A stretch of 64,000 bases of DNA from Lama glama (Eukaryota). Where the stretch lies: positions 32,242,001-32,306,000 of the forward strand of contig CM052816.1 of NCBI GenBank assembly GCA_028534125.1. Reading direction: 5' to 3'. The notes beneath the pieces are model-generated. The model did not search any database. It saw only the letters and a program-made list of their open reading frames with translations, and had not been told where the DNA came from. Shown piece by piece: positions 1 to 14,319 of the stretch (within the stretch, counting starts at the first letter, position 1; each line of letters starts with the position of its first letter). The translations under genes and the position numbers were made by a program.

Positions 1-114
1 CAAAATCTTTCACTTAACTACATCTGCAAAGTCTGCCACCTAAGAGAACATTCACAGTTTCCAGAGACTAGGACATGGATATCTTTCGAGGGGGCCATTA
101 TTCATTCTACCACA
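1..114 (-). mobile_element. MaLR LTR (MLT1-type) 5' end
   Basis: Contains actacatctgcaaag...gggggccattattcattctaccaca, the reverse complement of the typical MLT1 start. Confidence 0.75.
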
Positions 115-184
115 TGCCTAAAAAGATACCAGGAGAGGGATCAACAGCACTTAAGCAAGCATGACTTTTTGGAAGATTAAAGTA

Positions 185-386
185 GATGAAGCAGTTCAAT
201 ATCACTAGTCATCAGAGAAATGCAAATCAAAACCACAATGAGATATCACCTCACACTTGTCAGACTGGCCATCATCAGAAAGACCACAAATAGCAAGTGT
301 TGGTGAGGATGCAGGGAAAAGGGAAGCCTTGCACATTGTTGGGGAGAATGGAGATTGGTGTAAACACTATGGAAGACAGTATGGAA
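185..386 (+). mobile_element. L1 ORF2 3' fragment
   Basis: Contains the diagnostic atcagagaaatgcaaatcaaaaccacaatgagatatcacctcacac. Confidence 0.85.
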
Positions 387-765
387 GAGAGAATACTGAC
401 AAAAAGTGAGACACTGCATCTATCCAGTGTCTGTCTCCAAGCCTGACAGGAGAGCAGAGCTTATTCTTTGGAGAAATAAAGTCCAAAGGCCTCACAGTTA
501 CAGTCAACAAATAGAGTGGAGGAAAGGAGTGTGGCCCAGGATGAAAACTAGAGGATGAACTCAAAGAGCACATAGTGAACTAAGAGATTTGCAAGCCTCT
601 TCCTCTGACCCACTCCCAAAATGCCACTATACAGCCCAAAGTCAAAGAAATGAGGAATTCCTCTCTGGAAAAAAAATGAACAATTTCAGAGACATGCATC
701 TACAAGTAATAACATTTGGGGGCATCCCAGTGAAAAGACCAGTTCCTTCTTTTAAGACCTATAAC

Positions 766-2143
766 AACAAGTCTCAATTTTTTTGTACCAGCACCTCCTT
801 ATACTCATAAAAATTACTGATGACTCCAAAGAGCTCTTCTTTATACAAATTATAGTTATCAAACTTCACCACTTTAGAAATTAAATTGGGAATTTAAAAA
901 ATACTTATTAATTTACTTCAAAATAACAATAATTCACCATCTAGATAACATAAATAATATATTTTTATGGAAAATAACTAATTATTCAAAACAAAAAAAG
1001 ATTTGGTGGAAGAATGGTGTTTAGGCAACCCCTCTAATGTCTGTCATAATAAAATACATCTGGGTTCACATGTCTCCTTTTGCATATAACCTGTTGCAAA
1101 ACGTTGTTTTGGTTGAAGTATATGAAGAAAATCTAGCTTCACACTAATATGCAGTTGGAAAATGGGAGAGTATTTAAATAGCCTTTCAGATAATTTCAGA
1201 TTGGAACTCCATCACAACTTGAAAATCAGTAGTTTCTTGAAAGGTTAGCTTCAGGCAGAATCCGAAACTTTATCAGTGAACTTTTTGTACTCTGTTACAT
1301 TAAAACCATTGGTCTATCTTGCACTTTGAATGTGTCTTTTGATTTTGTAACATCATGCATTTATTATTGGGAAAAATTTTTGCTCACTGAATTATACAGA
1401 TCTTCCAAATGTTGACATATTTTATTATATAATATCCAAAAAAATCACATTTGTTAATATTACCACTGATCTCATCAGAAAATTCTGTAAGTATTCGTAA
1501 GCTGTCAAGTTCCCAGTGGCCAATACAAGCGTTCCACACTTCTGATACTTCTTGAAAGCCCGAATTATATCACTGGCAATAAATAGTGTCATTTGTTTTC
1601 CTTAAAATGACAGGCTCACTCTACTCATTTTTAAGATGTCTGCCAGATATCCAACTCTAAATAATCAAAGTTTGTCTATCATTCATTCTTGCAAATAAAA
1701 ATGGTTTCCATGAAAAAATAAAAAACGATAACTTCAATTCTCAACTCAAACAGTTGCACTTGTGCTATTCATTGAAACAGGCACTGTATTACAGTATGCA
1801 GCAGAGGTGCCCTGGGCAGACTTGCCATTTTCTCACACAAAATGTGTACTTATTTCATAAACTTTACTATTTCACTGAGGTCAACCTTAAGTGAAACCAG
1901 CATGTTTTACAACACCATGTAGTGGTGAAGAATACCAGTATGGCTTGGTACCATTTCCTTTGTTTGTGGCAAAAGACTTCAGCAGTTTCATCCACCAGTG
2001 TTCTACACCATCAGTGCAAATGTTACCACAGTGAAAAAATGAATAAAATCTGGTATTAACATGAAAATTATTTTGACCTTGTGAACTCCCTTCAAGTTTC
2101 TCTGAGATCTCAGGGCTCCTCAAACAACACTTTGAGAACCATT
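766..2143 (+). mobile_element. hAT-Charlie DNA transposon (Charlie1a-like), near full length
   Basis: 5' end resembles Charlie1 (aaaaattactgatgactccaaagagct...ttagaaattaaa). The right end has the TIR ctttgagaaccattg. Length is ~1.4 kb. Confidence 0.8.
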
Positions 2144-2245
2144 GCCCTATAATCAAATGAACAAATTCTTGTCTATGTTCTGAGAATTCTTTGTGTATGT
2201 TAGTCACTTACTTAAAAATATGAAGAGTTAATTCAGAATCACTTT

Positions 2246-2858
2246 TGTTTGGGGTTTCTCCAAGACCACCCCAGGCTCAATGATTCACTAGAAAGACTCA
2301 CAGGCCTAGAAAAGCTGTTATACTCCTGGTTATATTTATTACAATAAGAGGATACAGATTAAAATCAGTAAAGGGAAAAGGTACATGGAATGAAGTCCAA
2401 GAAAAGCCAGGCACAAGTTTCCAGGGCTCCACTCCCAGTGGAATCACATGGGGATATACTTAATTCTCCCAGAAATGATTTGTGACACGTGTGAAGTTTT
2501 GCCAACCAGCAAAGTTCACCTGAGCCTTGGTGTCAAGGTTTCTGTTGGGAGTCAGTCGTGTAGGCAGGCAGTACCTATATGACTGACCTCAAATACTCAG
2601 ATTTCAGTCTCCCCTACCCTCCAAATGCAAAACCAGGCATTCACCATAAATCACAGGGTTAGCAAAAACTACTGGATCACAGTGGTATAGAATGGCCCAA
2701 GGCCTCAAGCATACAAAATCAATTTTATCAAGTAGAATATTCCAAGGTCTCAGAAGTTATCTTCCAGGAGCCAGCCAAGGGCCAGTTCTGAAGACAGGCC
2801 TTTCTCTGAAATGTGCTGAGTTTAACTCTAGCCTGCTAAGATAACCCTTTTCTGCTCA
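2246..2858 (-). mobile_element. ERVL LTR, MER77/MER68/MER21 group
   Basis: Contains ccaagaccaccccaggctcaatgattcactagaaagactcacagg. The reverse-complement start is tgagcagaaaagggtta. Confidence 0.72.
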
Positions 2859-2939
2859 ACCTGCCTCCAAACTGAAAGAAAAAGATAAAGACAAAGAGCG
2901 GAAAGGAAAATAGAAGAGACAGAAACAAAGCAAAAGCAG

Positions 2940-3690
2940 ATAAAATTTCAAATAAGTTATAAATAATATCTTCAGTGAGATAAGAAAAGATACTGCATTT
3001 ATAAAACAATGTGAGTAAGCTACATAATGATCAGAGGATAAGAAAGAGCTCCTGGGAATTAACCATCATAAAACACCCAAAATAAAGAAATCAATCAAAT
3101 GGTTGAAAATTAAAACACGGTATCAACAAGGAAATACAGCAAAAACTAAAGAGTCAGAAAATGTGAAAATAATGGTTTTTAAAAACCCACAAAAATCCTT
3201 CTAGAATTGACCTAGGATGGCCAATGAATGAAAAAGTGTATGAAAATGAAAGAACAAGGATGATGGTGAAGAGAAATAGTTCAAAGAAGTAAACAAGACT
3301 TTTTCTAGAACTGTAAGACAAAAGACTACCAAGTGACTAGAGCAATGAAAGACCATGCATCATTTCAAAATTTCAGAATGCAGGGACAATGAGAAGATGT
3401 TAAAAGCTTCCAGAAAGAGGAACCTGTGAATATAACAGAATGAAAATGAGAACGGCATCAGATTTCACAACAGCAACACTGCATGCTAGAAGATGGTGCA
3501 ACAGTGCTTCAAAATCTAAGGGAGAAATCTATTTCTTCTACTTAAAATTCTACTCCAAACCAAAATATCAATCAAATGTGAAGATAAAACAGTCAGTTTA
3601 GACACAAAAGGTTTTTTAAATGAATGTCCCATGCACCCTTTTGAAGGATATGCTTCAGTAAAAAAGGGAGTCAATCAAGAAAGGGAAATT
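2940..3690 (+). mobile_element. Old L1 (L1ME-like) ORF1 region
   Basis: A-rich, with ggcatcagatttcacaacagcaacactgcatgctagaaga typical of L1 ORF1. Confidence 0.65.
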
Positions 3691-3916
3691 TGTACATTCT
3701 AGGCTCCAGCAAACTGACTGCAACAAAGGAGAGTAAGAATGTCAAAGAAAGGTCCAGAATTATCCTGTGCATCACTGTTTTCCATACAAGTAGGATGACT
3801 ATACAGCCTCTATTTGATGGGATAAGTTTATACAACATATTCATAAAACCTCGTTTAATTCTCCAAAATGTCCAAGTTCAACAATAAATCATATAGTGAC
3901 TTCAATTAAAAGCCAT

Positions 3917-4250
3917 TGTATCAAACAGTTTAGCTAAGTTATTCTGTGATAACAAATAACCCTAAAATCTCAGTGGTTGACAACATGAATAGAATTACCT
4001 CTCTTTCACGTTTACTATGGGTATCTCTTCTCCACATCTTCATTACGGGATCAAGGCTGAAGAGCAAACCTGGCTGGGACATGAGAATTTCCTAACAGAA
4101 GGAACAAAATAATGGCAGAACCACATTATGACTTTTAAAGTCTCTGCTCAGAAGTGGCACTTATCACTTCCACTCACATGTTATTGGCCACAGCAAGCTA
4201 CATGGCCAAGTCTGACACCACTGAGTTGAGAATTAAAAACCTTCTGTAGT
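3917..4250 (-). mobile_element. Old MaLR LTR (MLT1J/K-like)
   Basis: Contains ataacaaataaccctaaaatctcagtgg and tcacttccactcacatgttattggcca. Confidence 0.65.
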
Positions 4251-5259
4251 GTGGTTCCTAGTAAGGAGAGAATCAGTTGGGGTATGGCAGTAAATTATTT
4301 TTGAAAAGTAATTTACTTTACCATAGGTATTTGGAATTATTTAGTTTTAAAACTGCACATTTCACTTGAATAAAAAAAATGATTTTAAAGTAGCAGTTCA
4401 TGGAAAGCCCTGATTCTTGTCTAGAGAGCAGCCACTTAGGCATCTGTGCATCAAATAATGGCATCATTCCTCAACGTAGATCTAATGTTGCTTCAGATAA
4501 GTTAAAAACAGCACCAGAGCCCTCCAAGTGAGCCGTGTAAACCACTAGGTAAGACACTACTCACTGGTGACTTACTACATTACAGGCATACACTTTTTTG
4601 CCACATGGTAACAAACTGATCTAAGTCAACTCATTCATGCATTCCTTCATTCAACACACATGTACTGAAGATTAGAAATCCAAACTCAAATAAGATTATA
4701 TAACTTCCTACAAGGAGCCCTAAATCTGGTTAAGGAAAAAGATGTGAAAAAACTGGTAATACAATGGGATGTATACTATTACGCTTTAAACAAAGTACTT
4801 TGTGGGCACTGTTGGGTTGACCCTGTACACCGGTCTGTATCTCACTACCTCCCTCCGGCTGTGGCCTAACTAAGGTACTTAGAAATATTGTAAAATTTTA
4901 AACTATGTGGCATGTTTATAAAGTGGTTAAACATCTAAATATTCTACAGTGACACAATTTTTCTTGAGTTCCATGTTAAGTAATAATCATCTCATGCTAT
5001 CTTCCCAGAGCATCTTTCTCTGGATTGATAGTCATTGCCTATACATAGCATAAAGGAAATGACAATAACACAGAAGCACTATTGTAGAAGATGCTGTTTC
5101 CCAAAGAAAATCCCATTCCAATTAGGCCCATTCAGTAAGAATTCTGATTACGAGAACCTACAGTTTCACACCTGTAACACCCCAAATTACCAGCTAACAT
5201 GTGAACTTTCAGTAGTAAGCAAAAAAAAAAAAAAAACAAAAACAAACAACAGCAAAGTA

Positions 5260-5475
5260 CAGTTGACCTTGAACTAAATGAGTTTGAACTGCACAAGTCC
5301 ACTTATACACAGGTTTTTTTCAATAGTAAATACTACATCACTACATGATTCAACGGTTGCATCTGCAGGTGTGGAACTGCAGATACAGAAGGCTGACTGT
5401 AAAGTTATACATAGATTTTCAACTGGGGGTCAGGGATCCATGCCCCTAACCCCCATGTTCTTCAAGGATCAACTG
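5260..5475. mobile_element. TcMar-Tigger MITE (Tigger2a-type, artiodactyl-like)
   Basis: TIRs CAGTTGACCTTGAAC / GTTCTTCAAGGATCAACTG, flanked by TA duplications at 5258-5259 and 5476-5477. Confidence 0.85.
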
Positions 5476-5854
5476 TAGAATGAAAGTATACAGCATCTTA
5501 AATCAAGGCAGATGATGAAACAGATAAGACCTAGCATAAGGGAAATGTCAGGCTCACTTTGATGGTGCTTCCCAAAAGGCCGCTGGTCCATGTGCTGAAT
5601 CAGTGAGTGACAATTGAGGTCCTTCTCTGGGCTGATTATTCCTAGCTCTGCAATACATCTCTTGCATTTTTCCCTTAACCTCTCCTCACTTCATGAGGTT
5701 GGCCAAGCCTGTTGTTTCTAAGAGTCAAGCAGATCTCAGGTCCCATCTCAATAATCTTGGAGAGAATGTATTTTCTTCCATTTTCCCAAAGTTAACATCA
5801 CGTAGGAGAAGAGAAAGATGAGAAGTGTAGGCAAAAACCTTCTGAGAGCTGTGC

Positions 5855-6080
5855 TTTATTACCTGCTGAGAATAGCTCTAAGTGCTTTTTATGCAACATC
5901 TCATTTTATCTTCTCATGAGACCCATGAGAACTTTTCTTATCTCCATCCTACCAATGAAAAAAATGTGACCCAGAAATATTAATACTTTGCCCAAGGTCA
6001 CATTACTAGTAACTGGTGGAGCTAGGCTTTGAACCCATGTAGACTTAAGAGCCAATGCCTTAATTATGTACTATACTATA
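5855..6080 (-). mobile_element. MIR SINE
   Basis: Core taactttgcccaaggtcaca...ggctttgaaccca. Confidence 0.8.
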
Positions 6081-8659
6081 CTGTCTCCATGGCAGCAAAT
6101 ACAGAATAGACTGTAGTGATACAAATCAAAAAGTAGCAAATATCTTGAACATGTGCCAACCTAACAGTCAATCTGCAGACAGATTCCAAGGAATTAGTTA
6201 CAAACTTCTGTATTATTTTATGTGGAACATCCACCTTTCCTTTCAAACAACCCCAGCTAAAACAACTTGCCAAATAGCTTGAACACAGTAAGAGTAACTG
6301 AACAATTTCAACAAGAACTTATAGAAAACCATTTCACAATCTATGTAAATCAAATTATTATGCTACATGCCTTGAACATATACAGTGATGCATGTCAACT
6401 GTTTCTCAATAAAACTAGAGAAAAAGGGGAAAAAAACCTTAAAACCTAAAATGTTTTCATAGCTACTTCATAGAGCTAGTATAGTATTATAGTCAACAAT
6501 TTGTTCCCTAAGGAAAAATATGTATCATACAGTAGATCTCATAATGCATAGTCACTCCAAGTTAATATGAATTTTAGGCATAAGCATTGTGGGCGAAAAT
6601 AGCGTTAACTTTTTAACTGGTTAGTGTCCAGTTTTCAAATATACCATTTCTATTCAAGTTGTAATTTGAGCAACATATGCTGCCAAATATTAAAACAAAA
6701 ATTGTCTTAATTGATTAGTAGCCATATTTTGTAGAAACAAATTTTATTTGTGGTTTTAATCTATTATCAATAAGAAGACATATAACAATACACTTATACA
6801 TTTAAATTTTATTTTTCAGCAGAGATAATCAAGTTATATATACTTGATTTCAAATGTTATATATACTCCAAATAGCTAAACCCACTTGTATTTATTCTTT
6901 AAAAGGAAAAAGGAAAGCAAAAAGGGTCAATTTCTAATTTCGCAGAACATTAGTGTGTACTTTGAAAGTATTGATTTTGCCTCTGACAGAGTTATTTCAC
7001 TCCATTAGAAAATTATGGCTCAGGGGTTATTAGAAACATAGCAGAATATTACATGCACATGATGGCAATTTATTACTAAGCTTTCTCAATTTTATTCCCT
7101 CTAGATTTCCACTTTTCTTTATGCAGACTGCCAGACATGCTACACTACAAAGAAGTAATGATAAAAATGTTTATTTTTTTAAATTAGACTAGAAGGTTTT
7201 TCAGAATCATCATTCAAACTACTAGTATATTTCAAGTTATATTATTTACATACTCTAGGAATGAAAAGAAATATAACTGAGAATTTTTCTTAACACATAT
7301 TTCTTCACTGAACATGTCAACAATTTCCTCACTGATTTGAGGATTTTTATAAAAGTGCAACAAGAAGACATTTAAGAATTTTTAACAGGGAAATGGTATG
7401 ACCCAATTTACATTTTTAAAAGGTATGTATGGAGAATAGGTTAGAAGTATGCAAGGGCAGATGCCAGAAGACATGTAGTGTTGAGACTATATAGCTAGGT
7501 TTACAGTAGAGATCTACAAATGGGGAGAAGTAGATAGGTTTAATATATATTTGAAGGTACAGTCCAGAGGACTCAGTGATAAATCTGATATGTGATGAAA
7601 AAGAAAGAATGACCCTTGATTTTAGCATTCTATCAGTTGAGAATAATTTAATTTTGAGTCATTTTTTTCCTATGTATGTGGAATTTGGATCTTCATTGTA
7701 TTAGTTCAGAGTATACTTTACAAGCATGCTTTCCCCACACCACAAACCTGTCAGTAAAATTCATTTCATATCACCAGGGCTTCTGTGCCCTGGTTACCAC
7801 ACCTCCCAGTGGAGAGTCACCCATCCCCCAAAGGAATCATTTCAAAAGTACTTTTCTCAAAGGCCTTGGTAGGCAAAGGTCTCACATAAGCATTAAAACT
7901 TCATAGCCTTGCATTAGGAATCAATCACATATAAGTAAAAGGTTGTATCTTCACTATTCCTGGAAAAGAGTTCTCTTTGGGGAAATATAATATGCTGATA
8001 CCTGTCAATATTTAGAATCCAGTTGATTCTATTTGAATCTTCTTATGTTTCATAATTTTTCTACTTTTTGATGTTGTTTGAGTAACCACTGGTTTTAACA
8101 ATCTTCATAGAGCACTTTTACGCGGCAAACCTCTAATAGCTTTATGATTGTAAAAGCAACTGTGTAATGGTATAGAAAAGCTTATTTAAAAGTGAAAATA
8201 ATCATATAATGCAAAGTAACCTTACTTCAGCTCAGTAAAAACTCTACATTATATAAGTAAACTGTCTCCCCTTACAAACAATTGAAGATCATAAAAACAA
8301 CTTGCAAATAGAAAATTCACTTTTTTATTTATTGTCATTTATGTGTTTCAATTATATCTAAGTTATTAAAACACGAAAGTTTAAATAATACACAAGAACT
8401 TCAGGAAGAGTGTCTCAGAAGGAAAATACAGTCACTACTTATCACACTGAACGTGGACCAACTGAAAATTAAATTTATAATGCTACCTAAAAAAAGACCA
8501 GAAGAATGTCCTAAAATACTAATTCTGATAGGTGGTATTATGAATATTATTTACTTTTTCTTTATTTTTTATAATGTTATACTACTAAAATATAAAACTT
8601 TAAAGATCAAATAAATGTTATCATATTTAATGTACAAAATAAAGTGCATATATCCTTCC

Positions 8660-10080
8660 TTCAAAATTACTACAAAGCTACAGTATTAAGATGTGTGGTA
8701 CTGGCATAAGAATAAGATATTAAGTTAGTGGAATACAATTTAGAGTCCAAAAATAAACCCTTAGATTTATGTTCAATTGGTTTCAACAAAGGCAATTCAA
8801 TAGAGTTTTTGAACAGATGATCCTGGAACAATTGAATATCTACATGCGGAAGATGAAGCTGGACCCTACCTCACACCTTATATAAAAATTAATTCCAAAA
8901 TGGATCAAAGACTAAATGTGAAATCTACAACTATAAAGTTTCTAGGAGAAAATCTAAGCATAAGTCTTTGGGACTTTGAGTTAGTTTGGGAGACTCTGTA
9001 TTAAGAAATCTTAGGTTTCTTACATGTGACACTAAAAGCACAAGCAATGAAAGAAAAATAGATAAACTGGACTTTATTAAAATGTAAAATGTTTATGCTT
9101 CAAAGGACACCATCAAGAAAGTGAAATGACAACCCATGAATGGGAGAAAACATTTTCAAATTATATACTTGATACGGGAATTTTTTCCAGTACATGTATA
9201 TTATATATTTAAATAATTCCTGCAACTCAGCAGTCAAATTTTAGATTAGGAAAAGGGTTTGAATATCTTACTCCAAAGAAGATATATGAATGACCAATAA
9301 GCACATAGAAAGATGCTCAACATCATTAGTCATTAGGGAAATGCAAATCAATACCACAATGAGATAACAGTTCACATCATTAAAATGACTGTTATCAAAA
9401 AGACATAAATACAAGCATTGGCAAGGAAGTGGAGAAATTAGAATTTTCATACATTGCCAGTGGGACTATAAAATGATACCAACACTCTGGAAGCAGTTTG
9501 GCAGTACCTCAAAATAGGATACAAAAAGTTACTATACAACCCAGCAATTTCATTCCTAGGTATCTACATACGAAACCTATAAAAAAAATCATGTCCACAT
9601 AAAAACGTGTACACAAACAGGAAACAACCCAAATATCCATCAACTGATGAAAGAATAAACAAAATGTGGTCTATCCTTACAAGGGACTATTATTATTCAG
9701 CAATAAAAAAAGATGAAGTACTGACACACACAATAAGGATGAACCTTGAAAACATGAAAAATGATGGAACAAATGATGGAAACCATAAACAAAAGGCCAC
9801 ATATTATATGATTCTAATTATATGAAATGCTCAGAATAGGCAAATCTATAGAAATAGAAAGTAGACTAGTGGCTTCCAGGGACTGAGGGAAGAGGTAGGA
9901 GTAAGGAGTGACTATTAATAGAGACAGGGTTTCTTTCTGGCATGATGAAATGTTTTAGAATTAGATTTTGGTGATAGTTTCACAATTTTATAAATATAAT
10001 AATATCCAATGAACTGTATGTATACTTTAAATGAGTGAATTTTACAGTACTTAAATTATATATCAATGAAGATTTTTTAA
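8660..10080 (+). mobile_element. L1MB-type LINE 3' portion
   Basis: ORF2 3' motifs (tactacaaagctacagta, gaaatgcaaatcaataccacaatgagata) and an L1MB-like 3' UTR. Confidence 0.85.
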
Positions 10081-10664
10081 AAGAATATTTGCTGCAATAT
10101 TGTTTGTAACAACAGAAAACTGACAATAATCCAAATATCCATCAATAGTAGAACAAATAAATAAACTTGACTATTTACACTCTGAAATGTCCATGGCAAT
10201 GGAAATGAGTGAGCTATAAACCTACCATTGAACAGTAAAAGGAAGTTACAGAAGTAAATAGAATGATTACATGTATAGAATTCAAGTTGGCAAAATTAAA
10301 CAAAGTAACTCTTTTCTGAGTTAATTACTTAGAGGGAAAAAATCAAATGTCATGGTTAAGTTTGTCCATATTATAAAATCTTTAACTTTTGAAGTTTATT
10401 TTGCAGTGAAAGAAGGCCCTCTTCTTTAAAAATAGAAACCATAAATATCTTTATCTTCATTCTGCATTTTATTTTACCAAATTCTTATTCAAAGAAATTT
10501 AAAAGAAAAAAAATCTCTTGACAACAGAAATGTAAATCGAGATGAATAAATAAATACTAAACAGTACAAAAACATCCACTAAACATGGTAAACAAAAAGA
10601 TAGGTCCATATTCTATCCCATAGTGAGTGATGGCAGATTAAGAGAGTGCAACTGAGTAGCTAAG

Positions 10665-11248
10665 GATACCATCGACAAAACGAAAATGGGAGAAAATATC
10701 TGCAGATGATGCAATTGACAAGGGACTAATTTCCAAAATATACAAACAGCTCATACAGATTAATATAAAAAAAAACAAGCAACCCAATCAAAAAATGGGC
10801 AGAAGACCTAAACAGACATCTCTCCAAAGAAGACATCCAGATGGTCAAGAGGCACATGAAAAGATGCTCAACACTGCTAATTATCAGAGAAATGCAAATC
10901 AAAACCACAATGAGATATCACCTCACACCAGTCAGAATGGCCATCATTAAGAAGTCTACAAATAATAAATGCTGGAAATGATATGGAGAAAAAGGAATCC
11001 TCCTACACTGTCGGTAGGAATGTAAATTGGTACAGCCACTATGGAGGACAGTATGGAGGTTCCTTACCAAACTAAAAATAGACTTACCATATGATCCAAC
11101 AATCTCACTCCAGGGCATATATCCAGAGAAAAATATATAATTCTAAAAAACACATGCATCCCAATGTTCACAGCAGCACTGTTTACAATAGCCAAGACCT
11201 GGAAACAACCTAAATGTCCACTGACAGATGACTGGATAAAGATGTGAA

Positions 11249-11301
<53 letters not shown>

Positions 11302-11757
11302 TGGAATAGTACTCAGCCATAAAAAATAATAATGCCATTTACATCAACATAGATGGACCTGGAGATTTAATTCCAAGTGAAGTAAGCCAGAAAGAGAAAG
11401 AAAACTACAATATGATATCACTTATATGTGGAATCTAAAAGAAAGTCACAAATGAATTTATTTACAAAACAGAAACAGACTCACAAACATAGAAAACAAA
11501 CATGGTTACCAGAGGGGGAAGGGATAAATTGGGAGATCAAGATTTACAGATACTAACTACTATAAACATACAATAAACAACTTTATGCTATATAGCACAG
11601 GGAACTACATTCAATATCTTATAGTAACCTATAACAAAAAAGAATATGAAAATGAATACATGTATGTATATGTATGACTGAAACCTTACACTGTACACCA
11701 GAAATTAACATGACATTGTAAACTGACTATACTTCAATAAAAAAGAATACAAAAAAT
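10665..11757 (+). mobile_element. Younger L1 (L1MA9/artiodactyl-type), 5'-truncated, containing (AC)24
   Basis: Well-preserved ORF2 end, 3' UTR (tatagcacagggaactacattcaatatc) and AATAAA/A-tail at ~11736-11757. Confidence 0.88.
11251..11298. repeat. (AC)24 microsatellite
   Basis: Perfect dinucleotide run read directly. Confidence 0.98.
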
Positions 11758-13319
11758 GAGAGACTGTGCAATTGAGGACAACAGCACTTTTACTCCAATT
11801 GGTCATGAAAGATTTCATAGAGCCTCATAATACTTCAAGATCTTCTGCTTTGAATAGAAAGAGGTTACGATGTAGAAAACCTTTAAAACTCAGCTATCTT
11901 TATTTTGAGGCCATTTTCTCATTTTACATTTCTCTGCTCAAATATTTAAAGTATGATTAAATGAGAAATAAAGGTACAGTATCCCCACACTTAATCAATT
12001 TACTATGGGGTTTATAAGATGACTTAGGTGGTATCACTTCTTAAAGAGTAGTAAGGGCCAAGATTAGTGGGTTTCTGGAGATTCTGATTCAACATTTAAG
12101 TACCTGAATTTAAACATTTGAATATTTTTTAAGACACTATAGGGAATTTTAAGGAAACCACTCAATTAGAGACTTCTTGAAGTCTAAATTACAGTTTTTA
12201 CACTGTAAAATATGATAACCATGTAAAGCAACTAGTTAGCAACAACAAAATGGTACTAGGCTAGTCGAGTTATCAAGTCACGAATCTTGGAATATAAACA
12301 CACTCTGCTTTGTGATAAGTGAAGCAGCTCTTTCATCTGTAAGAAAAACTGAAATCACATTCCACTAGGAAGGCCTGACAGGCATTGAACACAAAATCAG
12401 CAACCAGAATTCATTCTTTTAATAATGTACATTCTTCAAGGCACTTACAGGGAAAATTAGAAATTATGTGATAAGGAGTTATCATTAGCTAGGTGTGTGG
12501 TAATATTTTGCTTTTAATATGTGTAAACAATCTCTACCTTCTGACTGGATCTCAGTTTTTACCCAAAGGTTTTCATGCCTGTCTGCAAAAATGGACATTA
12601 GGAATCAAGAGAAAATTACTAAGATTCAGATTTCTCTATTTCTCTAGCTTGACAATGAAGTAGCAGCACAGTATATCAAAAATACCTAGAACTAAAGAAC
12701 AAATTTACCTCTGCATATCTTATCCATTTGTGGTTATTTAGATAACGGTCATCTTCTACAGAATTTTCACATAAATTTTAGAAGTCATCTGATCATCTTT
12801 TAACAGTTGTTTGGTAAGGAAGGTCTTTAAATTCCTATTAAAGATAAATTCTCTCTTGGGTTTTCCATATATGTCCCTTTCTGCAGACACATGTTGATGG
12901 AAAGCCAGAGGAATTGCCTAAATAGGATGGGGGGGGGGACCCCAGTAATCCAGGCCTGTGCCAGAGTGGAATCTTTTTTGGTTCTACCAATTCCCACCCC
13001 TAGTCCCATCAGGACTGCCTCTCAGCATGATATGTCTGCTTCTAACCAATCCTGCTTCCACAAGCCTACACATCATAAAGAGGTTTCCTCTCATCCCCTT
13101 ATTTATACCTTGAATTGATTTATTGGTTTAACTGTTCTAACTTTCTTTGAAAAATAAGTTATATAAAAAAGATTTATGTTTAGGACATGTTGACTATAAC
13201 AAAGTTATCTTTGATTCTTAACACAGTTTGAAAGAAAAAATACCAACAATTAAATACTAAACATTAATATGCCTTTTGTTTTTTTCTTTCAAGAGGAAGA
13301 AAAATAATATGAGAATTAA

Positions 13320-14310
13320 AAAAATAATTTTAAAATGGTCAAGGACATTAAATGACATTTCACCAAAGAAGACATATAGATGGCAAATAAGCATACAAAA
13401 AGATGTTCCACATCGTATCATAGGTCATTAGGTAAATGCAAATTAAGACAAAAATGAGACTCGACTACATGCCTATTAGACTGGCCAAACTCTGGAACAC
13501 TAACAACATCAAATGCTCATGAGAATGTGGAACAACCGGAACTCTCATTCATTGTTGATAGGAAGGCAAAATAGTTCAGTCACCTGGAAGACAGTTTGGC
13601 TATTTCTTACAAGACTAAACATACTCTTACTACTCAATCCAGGAACCACGCTTCCTAATATCTAACCAAAGGAGAAGAAAACGTCTGTCCACTCTAAAAT
13701 CTGCACATGGATGGCAGCTTTATTCATAATTATCAAAACTTAGAAGAACCAATATGTCCTTTAGTAGGTAAATGGATAAACTTTGGTACATGCAGACAAT
13801 GGAATATTATTCAGCACTAAAAGGAAAAGTGCTATCCAGCCATGAAAAGACATAGATGGAACTTAAATACATATTACTAAGTGAAAAAAGCCAACATGAG
13901 AAGGCTACATACAGTATGATTCCAACTATATGACATTCTAGAAAAAGAAAACTATGGATATAGTTAAAAAAAAAAGATCACTAGTTGTTGGTGCTGAGGG
14001 GTGAATGGGTAGAGCATAGAGGATTTTTTAGAGCAGTGAAAACACTCTATATGATATTACAAATACAGATATATATCATTATATATTTGTTCAAACTCAT
14101 ACAATGTACAACACTAAAAGTGAACCCTAAGGTAAACTATGGACTTAGGGTGATTATGATGAATCAATGTAGGTTCATACTTGGTAAAAAATGTACCACT
14201 TTGGTGAATGATATTCATAATAGGGGAGACTATGCATGTGTACGTACAGTAAGGGAGTATATCAGAAATCTGTGTACCTTTATTTCAATTTTGTTACAAA
14301 CCTAAAACTT
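13320..14310 (+). mobile_element. L1MC1/2-type LINE 3' portion
   Basis: Contains gtgaaccctaaggtaaactatggacttagggtgattatgatg, an L1MC 3' UTR motif. Confidence 0.8.
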
Positions 14311-14319
14311 ATAAAGTCT